Shown here: piece by piece, positions 12,076-22,725 of the stretch
Numbering within the stretch: the stretch's first letter is position 1
Layout: each line of letters begins with the position of its first letter
Origin: Eledone cirrhosa
Lineage: Eukaryota
Assembly: GCA_964016885.1 (NCBI GenBank)
Contig: OZ024741.1
Coordinates: forward strand, 54,684,001-54,748,000
Direction: 5' to 3'
Length of the DNA: 64,000 bases
Made by a program: the position numbers and the translations under genes
Notes under the pieces: generated by a model
What the model saw: the letters and a program-made list of their open reading frames with translations, nothing else
What the model was told of the DNA's origin: nothing
Database searches by the model: none

Positions 12076-13802
12076 CTACCTGTCCTTCTCCTGGGGACCA
12101 GGCTGCACAATTTCCATGGGGGAGTCGGCGGGGTTGTTTGATGGGGTGGGGGTGTTTTGTGGAGGACGGATGTCTGGGGTGGTGGTGGGGAAACATTTCA
12201 AGAAGACGCGGTTGCTAGGTCTAGTACAGAGATTCCCCACGTCCTCGGGAAGGTTCTGTTTGAGCATTGTGTAGGTGACCCCTGGGACCCTAATCATTTT
12301 TAAATGCGGTTTAGTCGCCGCGTTGGTTAACATTTTCCCTTCGGTTTCCACCGAAGGGTCTTTGTCTATTGTTTGCACAAGTGTTTTGTTGTTTGTGATG
12401 TTTGTTCTGTTTGTGCTGGTGGTTGTGTGTTTGTTACATTTTTGTTAATGTGGTGCCTTCTTTTCTTTCTTTTTACCGGTTGAAAGGGTTCTCCCTCGTC
12501 GTCACTGGGTGACGTTGATAAAGGGTCCTCGTCCGTGTTTTGGGGGAGGGGTATACTTTGGGGTTTTGTTGAGGTTGCTTTTGTATTTGTTTTAGCTGGG
12601 GAGGGGCTGGGTGGGACAGTGTCTTGTGTTGTTATTTTTTCCTGTTGTTGTGGTTGTTGTGGTGGTTGTTGTGGTGGTGGTTGTGTTGTTGGGTGTGGGG
12701 TGAGCAGAAGCATGTTTTTTTTTGGGGGGGGGGGCATTTAAAAGGGGACAGGAAGCCCTCAGGTGACGACTTCTTGAACAGTGTTAGCATGAAGGCCGCC
12801 TGCCCTCAACATAAATGTTTAATAAGGCGACTCCATCCAGGGACACACGCTGCGGTATTCTTGCTATCCGTTCTGGTCTCATTTGGACCAGAACTTCAAG
12901 GCTATTGCCGCCGAATACGCCCCCGGCGGATTCGCCTATCTAAAGGATTGTGTCCTCATCTTCTAAGAATCCCGTTAGCACCCACCAAATGGTCACATTT
13001 GGCCTGATGCCCGAGATTCTTATTTTTGAGTTGTTTTCCCCAAATATGTGGGGAAAAAGGTGTATGCTTTGGATACAATTGGCGACACAGAATATTTCAG
13101 TGCCGCCAATTCATCTTGCATTAAAACAGATATGCTTCCATACAGTTTCCCTTTCTGTATGAAAGCAATATCCTTCCAGGCACTACTTAGGACCAGCTCA
13201 ATTTCGATTTGGGACAATTGAGCCGGTTTCCTAGTCGTGTTCGAAACTGTCCTAAAGATTACAGTCCCGAGGACTGTATCCCTTCTAATTTCTTCGGGGG
13301 AGGTAATTGTGAATTCCACACCTTTCTCGAAATTTACACAATTCCTTGCTTCTTTCAGTAATTTCTAGGCATTCGAGATGTCCAGTGCCTTGTATGTCTA
13401 CGTTTCTCGGACCGCTTGTGCGAAGGAGACTGCAGCTGTGGGTCCGTTTTCTTTCGTGTTGTTATCATTGTTGTTGTTGTTATTCGTGTTGGCTTGCTTT
13501 TTTCCTTTGTTGGTGTTGTCATTATTGCTGTTGTTGGTTGTGTTGTTATTGTCATTGTTGCTGTTGTTGGTTGTGTTGTTATTGTCATTATTGCTGTTGT
13601 TGGTTGTGTTGTTATTGTCATTGTTGTTCTTGTTTGTGTAATTGTTACTTTTGGGGTTTTCACCCATTTCCACAATTTTTTCTTTTGACTCCGTGGTGTC
13701 TTTTGCGGGAGTGAGGTGGGAAGGCTTAAAGCGTTGTGCTGCTACCTTCTCTCTATCACTTTCCTTGGGGGGCGTGGCATGCGTCGTATTAATGGCGTCC
13801 AT
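12076..13802 (-). pseudogene. Copy C ORF1, disrupted
   Basis: MDAINTT start, Asn-rich repeats, knuckle remnant near 12750-12790, C-terminus MEIVQPGPQEKDR*. Confidence 0.85.
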
Positions 13803-14001
13803 TGTCACTAAACGACTTTTTATCGACAACTTATAACTATTAAATTTCGCCCCAAAAAGGGGCGAAATTTATTTTACCCAACGTCTGCAGGCCCAGGCGA
13901 GGGACACAACAAATAACAAGTTACTTAAACAGACCTACCGCTTCTAGTAATACATTCCGACAAAATGCAGGAGCGAAACAAAAACACGTCTATGTTCTCC
14001 G

Positions 14002-14062
<61 letters not shown>

Positions 14063-14105
14063 TATAGATAGATAGATAGATAGATAGATATAGAGAGATA
14101 TATTT

Positions 14106-14160
<55 letters not shown>
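14002..14160. repeat. Imperfect (GATA)n junction between copies C and D
   Basis: Read directly; a few interruptions. Confidence 0.97.
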
Positions 14161-14161
<1 letters not shown>

Positions 14162-14391
14162 ATTTCTATTTATTTGCCACGAGGGCACAAAAGAAGGGGA
14201 CATTTACACAGTGGGGGAGTTTACATAAATCGAGTAAAGAAAAAAGGAATAACAATAATAATATAACAATAAAAGTCCTCAAAAGGGAGGGGGCGTGTTG
14301 GGGATTGCACATACCCCCGAAAAGTGTGCAACTCTTTTCGCGGGGGAAGCCCAGAGAGGAGGCGCTCCCCCTTTCCTCTTCACTTCTTCAC

Positions 14392-17300
14392 CTACAGAAC
14401 AATGTAGAGAGAAGGCCCATTTACACGGGCCATTCTCGCTTCTTTCACCCACCTTTCATAAAACTGTCTGGGACCAAGCACTTCTCTCTCCATCCTGATT
14501 CTTCTTCCGAAGTGGTATCGGAAGAAGTAAACCAGGTGATGGCCGGAGAGAAAGTCACCCGACCTCAGACCTTTCAGGCGCGTCCACCACACAACCTCTT
14601 TCATCATGGCTATTACGCACAGAAAGACCGCCTCTGCTTCATTTCTGAAGGGAGGAGGCGGCTTGATGTTCACCACAGACTCGGCGGTTAATCGAATCGG
14701 CGCCACACGCGACAGCAGTCGTTCGACGTAGCCCCACAGATCGGCAACGCCCGGGCAGTGTACCAGTGCATGCGCAACGGTTTCCTCGTCGCGCACGCAT
14801 CTGGGACAGATCTTTTTCGCGGGATCCCTGCCCGGGCGCCCGTGTCTGTAGAGCTTTTCTCGAACGGGCAGAGCCCCCCGGTAACACTGCCAGGCTAGGG
14901 ACCTCTGGAAGTTGTCCATAGGTCCCGGGCCGAAAGTTCTACCGAACAGGCTGGCCAGTTCGTCCTCCTCCATGCCTAGCGACTCTCCAAGGGTGTCGTC
15001 GCCCCTGCTAGCCACCAACCCTCTATAGAATGTCGAGGTGGATTCTCCACTGACAGTCGGGTCCGCTTGCCAGATAGCCGTGAGCGCCTGGGCACACTCA
15101 GTGTGCCAGTTGCCCAGTTTTCTCGGTCTTTGCTTCACCCAGGATTGCAGTTCGGTGAGCGAGACGAGCTGTGGGAAGGCTCGCCTCACAAACGGGGCCC
15201 ACACCGGCTGACCGTTGAGGAATACCTGTAGATGCCGTAGCCTCAATGCGTGCCTACGCATCAACAGCCACGGCATACCCAGCCCTCCTTTCGAAGGGTG
15301 CTGGCAGCAGATGGATCTCCTCACCATGGGAGGCCGCTTCTTCCAGAGGAACTGGAAGAGCATGCGTTCCATGATGGTGAGCTTTTCCTTGGGGCAAGGC
15401 ACGACGGTCAGGCGGTAGTAGATGACGGACGCTATGTAAGCGTTCGTCACCTCCGCCCGACCTTTCAGTGATAGTTTGCACTTGGCCCACTTCTGGGTCA
15501 GCGCAAACACCCTGCTCGTCACCTCGCCCCAATTCTTCTCCACCTGGAGGTCCGGTCCGAACCAGACCCCGAGCAGCTTCACCGGGCCCTCCGTCCACCG
15601 CCCGACGACACCGTCTAACGGCATCGGTTTGCCCCTCCACGTTCCGAGTTGCAAACCGACTGACTTGTCCTGGTTCAGCTTAGCCCCCGTCAGCCTTTCG
15701 TATTCCTCCAGTAGGGTGGCGATCGCCCCGATTTCCGAGGCGTCCGCCACCATTACTGTTACGTCGTCGGCATAGGCCGAGACCGCTTTGTGCAATCCCG
15801 GTTCCAGGGGTATGCCCCGCAGCAACTCCAACTTCCGCAGCAGTGGCTCGAGAGTCAATACGTACAGAAGGGAGGAGAGGGGGCACCCCTGTCTGATGGA
15901 TCGGGTGATTTGAAACGGCTCCGAGAGGTAGCCGTTTACTTTAATCCTAGAGTAGATGTTGCCACTGTGCATGGCAGAAATCCAGCCCCTGAAAACGGGT
16001 CCGAAGCCCGCCGCCGCTAGCACCGCATCCAGGTAACCATGGTCGACCCTATCGAACGCCTTAGATTGATCCAAGTTGATCAGGGCCCCACCAAAGCCGG
16101 GTTCGTAGCCAACCCTCTCTATGATGTATCGCATGAGGTGGAGGTTGTCGTGAATGGACCTGGACGGGATAGCGCATGTCTGCGCGTCTCCCACCAAACC
16201 ACCCACCACAAGCGCCAACCTCTTCGCCAACACCTTGGCCAAAATCTGTAACTCTGCATTCAGCAGAATTATGGGCCTAAAGTTACTTAAGTCGTCCCCC
16301 TTGCTCTCGTCCTTCCTCACTAGCGTGACCACGCCCTTGGTCACAGAACAGGGAATTCTCCCGTTCTGTTGCCAGTTGCAATAGACAGCCTCGAGGAGTT
16401 CGGAGAACAAGACCGGCATAGCTAAATAAAGTTCGTATGGTAGACCATCGAGACCCGGGGATTTGCGTCTGCTGCATTGGCTGAGCGCTTCCCCGATTTC
16501 AGTGGCTGTGATTGGCCCTTCGCAGCACTCCGCTTCGCCGCTCGAAAGACGCGGTAGACCGTCGAGGTATGGACCGAAGTCCACATCCCCGTCCGGCCCC
16601 CCGCCACCTCCGAACAGTCGAGCAAAGTGCCTTTGAAAGGTCTCGCACATTCGCTCAGGTTCAAGGATCACCCGTCCATCCTGGTCTCGCAAAGACCGAA
16701 TGGTGGATTTAATCCCACTCTTGGCTTCTGTCACGCGGGCCCAGCTAACAGCTTTGGTCCCCTCGTTTCCTAAAGCACGTATTTTACTTCGGACAAAGCA
16801 GCCTTCGTGCTTCGCGTCAAAGAACTGGCTCAATGCCGTTCTCGTCGCTAACACTCTGGCTACGTCTCCGCTCCTAATCGCCTCTTCTAGTTTATCTGTT
16901 AACTCCCTTTCCCTCCTATTTCTATTCGCCGCTAGTTCCTTACTGTAACCTATCGAACTTACTCTAATCTCTCTCTTTAGAGATATCCACCACCTACTGT
17001 TGACGATCGCTCCCGTCAACCGCATCTTAACTAAGCTACTAATCCGGTTTCTGTAATCTTTCTTTGTCGGTAAGGACAAGTTCATCTTCCAGTAACCGGG
17101 ACCCTGTCTATGCGTTCTATCAAGGTTGACCACGCAGGTCACTAATTTGTGATCTGAATAGCCAACCATGATCAGTTCTGGACAACTAAATACGTCCCTA
17201 TCCTTACTCCTAACCAAAAACCTATCTAGGTACGATCTAGATTGTCCACTGCGGTTTGCCCAGGTCCAGGTTGGCGCAGTTGGACAATCTAGTCGAAATC

Positions 17301-17829
17301 TATCGACCAGGTCGAATCGATCGAGTAACCCCTTGAGGCTGCTACACCCCCCTCTATCGGGACATGCCCCTGCATAGTCCCAACGCGCATCTAGGATTCC
17401 ATTCCAGTCCCCCACTAAAAGCAGGGAACGCGACGTTCCTAGAAAAGTCTCCAGACGTTGGAAGAAGTCGGCTCTCTCCGCCCCGAAGGGAGCATAAAGA
17501 CCGACCAGTCTGAAAGCCCCGCCTTCACCACCTCCGACGTCCAGCACCAGTAATCGACCCCCCGGGTCCGAGTGAACAATCTGTACGTCGAGAGTCAGAC
17601 GTTTATCCAGCAGTACGGCAACTCCCCCCCCGCCTCCGGGTTGACAGAGAGATGCGTGCATCTCAAAGTCATCGAAGGCGGGCGCCAGCTGTCTCACGCT
17701 GCTGATCCGACTCTCGCAAACAACCATCACATCTATACTTTGTGACCTGAGGTCACTTAGAAGCTTTGCTTGCTTCCAAGCTGAGCTCAGGCCACGCGCG
17801 TTCAAACAGCCAACTCTCAATTGATCTAT
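14392..17829 (-). CDS. Copy D ORF2: APE endonuclease, reverse transcriptase and C-terminal CCHC finger
   Basis: Uninterrupted 1142-aa ORF from TTG at 17820. APE motifs CLNARG, CES, GDWN, YLDR, SDH; RT motifs PGLDG, LDQSKAFDRVDH, RQGCPLS, YADD, KLLGV; finger CPRCVRDEETVAHALVHC. The codon aligned with the B/C start ATG is ATA (17829-17827). Confidence 0.96.
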   Translation of the reverse strand: MDQLRVGCLNARGLSSAWKQAKLLSDLRSQSIDVMVVCESRISSVRQLAPAFDDFEMHASLCQPGGGGGVAVLLDKRLTLDVQIVHSDPGGRLLVLDVGGGEGGAFRLVGLYAPFGAERADFFQRLETFLGTSRSLLLVGDWNGILDARWDYAGACPDRGGCSSLKGLLDRFDLVDRFRLDCPTAPTWTWANRSGQSRSYLDRFLVRSKDRDVFSCPELIMVGYSDHKLVTCVVNLDRTHRQGPGYWKMNLSLPTKKDYRNRISSLVKMRLTGAIVNSRWWISLKREIRVSSIGYSKELAANRNRRERELTDKLEEAIRSGDVARVLATRTALSQFFDAKHEGCFVRSKIRALGNEGTKAVSWARVTEAKSGIKSTIRSLRDQDGRVILEPERMCETFQRHFARLFGGGGGPDGDVDFGPYLDGLPRLSSGEAECCEGPITATEIGEALSQCSRRKSPGLDGLPYELYLAMPVLFSELLEAVYCNWQQNGRIPCSVTKGVVTLVRKDESKGDDLSNFRPIILLNAELQILAKVLAKRLALVVGGLVGDAQTCAIPSRSIHDNLHLMRYIIERVGYEPGFGGALINLDQSKAFDRVDHGYLDAVLAAAGFGPVFRGWISAMHSGNIYSRIKVNGYLSEPFQITRSIRQGCPLSSLLYVLTLEPLLRKLELLRGIPLEPGLHKAVSAYADDVTVMVADASEIGAIATLLEEYERLTGAKLNQDKSVGLQLGTWRGKPMPLDGVVGRWTEGPVKLLGVWFGPDLQVEKNWGEVTSRVFALTQKWAKCKLSLKGRAEVTNAYIASVIYYRLTVVPCPKEKLTIMERMLFQFLWKKRPPMVRRSICCQHPSKGGLGMPWLLMRRHALRLRHLQVFLNGQPVWAPFVRRAFPQLVSLTELQSWVKQRPRKLGNWHTECAQALTAIWQADPTVSGESTSTFYRGLVASRGDDTLGESLGMEEDELASLFGRTFGPGPMDNFQRSLAWQCYRGALPVREKLYRHGRPGRDPAKKICPRCVRDEETVAHALVHCPGVADLWGYVERLLSRVAPIRLTAESVVNIKPPPPFRNEAEAVFLCVIAMMKEVVWWTRLKGLRSGDFLSGHHLVYFFRYHFGRRIRMEREVLGPRQFYERWVKEARMARVNGPSLYIVL

Positions 17830-19671
17830 TTTGGTGTTGAAAGTGAAGAAAGAAAAGCACTTACCTCTCCGGGTTGCGTAATTTCCATGGCATCAGGTGT
17901 GTTGGGTGGAGGGATGTTTTGTGGTGGTGTGGGGGTACACGTGTGTGGTGGGGTTGGGGTATTTGGAGTTGTGTCAGGGAGAGGGGCGGTTATGGGGAAA
18001 TCTTTCAAGAGGACGCGATTCAACGGTTTTAAACAGGGGGGGCTCACGTCCCGTCTAAATTGTTCTTTTAAGGAACGATAAAGGTCCAGAGGGACCTTTA
18101 TCATTTTTAAATGGGTGAAGTTCTCTGTTGAGATAAAGTTTGGCCCTTCGGTCTGCACCATAGGGTTATTGTTTATTAATTTAACCAGTTTTTTGTTTTC
18201 TTTATTTATATATGTGTATTGCAACGTCTTTTTTTGTGATGCTGTCAATGTTTCGGAGAGGGGAGGCGCAGATTTATTTTTGTTTGTTGAGGGTGGGGTG
18301 TTTTTGATTGGAGTTGGTGTTTTTGATTGGAGTTGTGTGGGTTATTTGTGGTGTGCTGGGTGTGTGTTTTCTTTTTTTTCTTTTAACTTGTCTGAAGGCT
18401 TCTCCTCCTTCTTCTTCAGAAGTTGGGGGAAACTCTTCAGCGCTAGGTGGGAGGGACGTGTTGTGTGGTTGTTTTTTTTTTGCGGGAGGGGTAGATTTGT
18501 TACTGTTTTTTTTATTATTTGTTTGGAATGGGTTTTGTGGTGGTGGTGGTGGTAATGTTTGTGTCGTGCTTGTGGTTGGTAATGGTGGTGGTGATGTTTG
18601 TGTTGTGGTTGGTGGTGGTGATTTTTGTGTCGTGCTTGTGTTTGGTGCTGGTGGTGGTGATGTTTGTGTTGTGTTTGTGGTTGGTGGTGTCTGTATTTTG
18701 TTTGCTGTGTGTGGTATTAGTGTATTTTTGGAGGTGGGTGGTGCTGGTGTACTGTTTGTGGTGGGTGTGGGCAATAGTCCTTTTTGGGGGATACGTTTCG
18801 GGCAGTTAGCCTTAACGTGTCCCCTTTCCATGCATAAATAGCATGCTGGTCTTCTCCCCTCTACAATTATGTCTATTGGGGTAAGGTCATCCAGCCAGAT
18901 GCGATCCGGGATTTGTGCTATTCTTTCGGGCCTCATTTGGACTAGTATGTCGAGGCCCATTCCCAGGAACGCATCTCCAGTTGCCTTCCCCATTGACAGC
19001 ATAGTGTCTTCGCCCATATCAATGAAGCCAGCAATAGCCCACCAGAAGTCCATTGTGGGCAGCATTGTTTTTACTTTTACCCTCTGTGTTCTTCTACCCA
19101 TGTAGGAGGGATAGAAGCTATATGTTGTCGACGAGAGTGGGCTTAGGGAAAGCTGAACCGCCGTTTCTTTGTCTCTTGTTAGGACCGAAATGCTGCCATA
19201 GAGTCGGTCCTTTCGTATGAAGAGAATATTCTTCATATAGTCTTTTAGGACTAACTCTATTTCCACTTGGCTGGGCTGTGCTGGCTTTCTTGACTGGTTT
19301 AGTATAGTTCTGTATATAACTGTGTTTTCTGCTCTGGCTTTCTTGAATTCTGGGGGGGAGTTAATGGAAAACATTCCGTTCTCCCCCAAAACAATATGTT
19401 TCTTTGCTTCGGCCAGTTTTTCTCTGGCGGCAGTTAGGTCAATTGGTGTGTATGTAATGGATTGCTTTGTTTTCTGGGCGAAAGTTGCCCTGTCGTTATT
19501 TGTATTATTTTCTGTTTGTTTGTTTTCTGTTTGCTCATTTTCCTTAACATTTGTTTTTTCATTTTGTTTGTTTGTTTCAATGTCTAATTTTGTTGTAATT
19601 ATTTTTTGTTCTTCAGACTTGGGGGGCGTGGCAGAGCTAATGGCAGACATGTCTGCCATCTTTTCCGCCAT
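17826..19671 (-). pseudogene. Copy D ORF1 with a single frameshift
   Basis: CX2CX4HX4C knuckle CYLCMERGHVKANC. Split into 18274..19698 and 17826..18248 by a 19-bp tandem duplication at 18297-18334. Confidence 0.9.
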
Positions 19672-19871
19672 GCTGCCAAGAAAGAAATTTTTCGGCAAAA
19701 ATAGATATTTATTTTACCCCCTAAAAAGGGGGTAAATGCAAAAATGTTTCCCTAAATAACAGGGGTTAGTGTTCCAAATGTGTTGCACTAAAAATTTATC
19801 CGGTACTTACAATAGTAAGGGTAAATCCCGATGGAATAGCGGAGCCGATACGAAGCGTGTCTTACTCTATC

Positions 19872-19872
<1 letters not shown>

Positions 19873-19922
<50 letters not shown>
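19873..19922. repeat. (AGAT)12 at the outer 5' flank of the array
   Basis: Read directly. Confidence 0.97.
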
Positions 19923-20218
19923 GGGCAGAGAAAGAGAGAGTATTTGTCACAGCAATAATAAACAAGTTTGATTTAAAAATTAAGCGGCTGTGGTTACAAA
20001 AATAACATCATCAAAACTCACGTGAGACAAATACAGAAAACTCGGAAGAAACAAACACATCGACAATTCCTATTCATCGGCAGCCTTCTAGGGATCATAT
20101 ACAAAGTTGAAAACGAAAAGAAAAAACCAGATACGTGGGACGAATAAACGAAGTCACCCCCTTTCTCTTCAGCAACGCTCTAGTCATTGCAATTTCGTTC
20201 ATGACAGTGATATTGCAT

Positions 20219-20395
20219 AATAATTGTTTCTACTTTTGGCACAAGGCCACCAATTACCCCAGTGCATTACTGTAGCTTTATTTTTTCGACCCCGTGAGGA
20301 TGAAAGGCAAAGTTAATCTTGGCGGGATTTGAACTCAAAACGTAAATGGCCATAACTCTATGCTGCAAAGTATGGTGTCTGACACTCTATTGACT
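20219..20395 (-). mobile_element. tRNA-derived SINE family 1 (Deu/Nin-like core)
   Basis: Reverse complement of the GAGTTCAAATCCCGCC..TTTGCCTTTCATCCT..GGGGTCGA..GGCCTTGTGCC..AGTAGAAACAATTA unit seen at 23693 and 40547. Confidence 0.8.
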
Positions 20396-20814
20396 TACAT
20401 TTTTAACACGATAACTTACTTTCTTCTTGCTTTTTTACTTACTTGCTTTTTTTCCCTTTTTTTCTTGTTTTTATTTGTTTCACTCATGTTTCACGTGCAC
20501 TGAGAGGCACTACACATTTTCCCTAACGTCACGTAAAATTGCATGTTGTTGTTTTGTAACTTAACGGTTATAAATAAATGTTTTGTCTCTCGTCTCTTAT
20601 TCCTTTGGATAGCGTTTGGCTTATGTCAGAACTGTGTATGTGTGTGTATATGTGTGTGTGTGTGTATGTGTGTGTGTGTGTGTGGGTGTGTGTGTGTGTG
20701 TGGGTGTGACAGCTCACACCAATGCAGGTTTAGCTGGCCTCCTCCAAGATATATCTCGTTGGAGGTGCCTTGGGTGATTTAATGATAGGGACCCTAGTCC
20801 TACCATCTCCTTTC

Positions 20815-20950
20815 TACAGCTGAGTAAACTGGAGCAGCGTGAAATAAAGTGCCTTGCTCAAGGAAACAACACATCACCTGGTCCGAGAATTGAACTCACA
20901 ACCTTTCGATTGCAAGCCCAATGCTCTAACCACTAAGCCATGCGCCTTCA
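20815..20950 (-). mobile_element. tRNA-derived SINE family 2 (CORE/V-like CCTTGAGCAAGGCACTT core)
   Basis: Minus strand has A-box TGGCTTAGTGGTT, B-box GAGTTCAATTC, then GTTTCCTTGAGCAAGGCACTTTATTTCAC. Confidence 0.8.
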
Positions 20951-21158
20951 CTGCGACCAGACACTGTGACCCCGGATGGACCAGCAGTACCGTTGGAAGG
21001 TCTCGAAACTGCCGAAGTTCATCTCAACAACCGATGACCATGGAGTTCTGTGTCCTTCATTTGAATATATATTCTTTTAAGGTTTCCTCTTAAGAAATTA
21101 TTTTTCGTTTTGTTTTGTTTCCGATCATTGTCTTGTCCTTTCTTTGTTAATTTTCTTA

Positions 21159-21232
<74 letters not shown>

Positions 21233-21239
<7 letters not shown>

Positions 21240-21649
21240 AAAAAGAGATGAAATCGAAAATGCAGCTGAAGTCTTATTTTTTAAAAAAATATATATATTT
21301 ATTTGGTTCCTTTACCGGTTTCGCAGTTCTTCTGCTTTTCAAAAGGTGAGTTGAGATGGAGGGTCTGTGGTTTTTCTCACATGTGAGATGGAGGGTCTGT
21401 GGATTTTCTCACATATGAGATGGAGGGTCTGTGGTTTTTCTCACATGTGAGAAAAACTACAGACCCTCCATCTCAACTCACGTTTTGAAAAGCAGAAGAA
21501 CTGCGAAACCGGTAAAGGAACCAAATAAATATATATATTTTTTTTTTAAATAAGACTTCAGTTGCATTTTCGATTTCATCTCTTTTTCTTTATACTTTCA
21601 CTCGTGTAGGACACCTCGGTTATTTTTCATTTTGTAAAAAAAACCTCAC

Positions 21650-21656
<7 letters not shown>
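21233..21656. mobile_element. Fold-back element in (TA)n, probable Penelope-like inverted pLTR remnant
   Basis: About 150-bp inverted arms spanning 21233-21594, a central 32-bp unit in three copies, a unique extension at 21595-21656, and a hammerhead fold in each arm. Confidence 0.75.
21309..21346 (-). ncRNA. Minimal type I hammerhead ribozyme, U3-A8 core variant (mirror copy 21481-21518, + strand)
   Basis: CCTT-TTGAAAA-GCAG(aagaa)CTGC-GAAA-CCGG-TA-AAGG: stems I and II pair, stem III is palindromic, cleavage triplet is GUA. Confidence 0.8.
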
Positions 21657-21743
<87 letters not shown>

Positions 21744-22003
21744 TTATTTATATATGGTTTTTATTGTTGTTTAACCACAGGTCACTGACTGTGTAGTAGA
21801 GCTATGATCAAAAGCCTTTCAGCAGTGGCTACCACCCATTTCTCTTTACTAACGTACTGTCATAGAATTCACTTCCGCAATGCAAACATTCGTTTCCTTT
21901 TAGCACGCAATAACCATTGGTTTGAAAAGATTTGCGAGCATTGACTCAATAATAATGGGTTGATTCTGAAGGGGAACTCTTCTGTAATAGATTATATAGA
22001 AGG

Positions 22004-22071
<68 letters not shown>

Positions 22072-22085
22072 ATGATGTATGTGTA

Positions 22086-22144
<59 letters not shown>

Positions 22145-22725
22145 ATGATGTATGTGTATATATATATTATATATATATATATATATACGTATACGATAAG
22201 TAAGGCTGCTGGGGGAGTGTTTTGGCATTTTGACAAATTGACGTTTTAACATTTTGGCATTTTGACGTATTCCTCGTTCTTGATGCTGTTATTATTGTGG
22301 TTGTTGTTGTTGTTGTTTTTGTTGTTTTTGAACTTTTTCTTAATGTTGATGACGATGATGTTGATATGTCGTTGATGGTGATGGTGATGCTGTCGTTGTT
22401 GTTTCTGCTGCCGTTGTCGTTAATGCTGCTGCTGATGTTGGTTTATGATTGTGTTGTTGCTGTTGGTGTTGTTGTTGTCGTTGTTGCTGCTACAGTTGTT
22501 ACTATTGATGGTGATGATGATGATGATGATGATGAGAGGGTAGTTGTTTGTTTTGATTTGTTGTTTTTACTCCCCTTTGTTGCTGTCATTGTTGATATGG
22601 TTTCTATTGTTGTTGCTATTTATCGCAAAAACATCCCTCACTGGTCAGACCTGAAATTAAAAGCATTCCACCCATGACTCTCCCATCTGTTTCTGTTATC
22701 TGTTGCAGCCATAATACGTGTAGGA

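Larger units (their letters stand above)
14161..19872 (-). mobile_element. Tx1/L1-clade copy D (best preserved; same subfamily as A)
   Basis: 5' UTR, ORF1, intact ORF2, and 3' UTR with AATAAA at 14169-14174 on the minus strand. Flanked by (GATA)n on both sides. Confidence 0.96.

Noticed and set aside
20880-20950. tRNA gene
   Set aside because: A and B boxes are present but run straight into a SINE core with no acceptor stem; it is a SINE head.
22218-22273. TTTTGGCATTTTGAC repeats as a DNA-transposon end
   Set aside because: No convincing matching opposite terminus or target-site duplication nearby.
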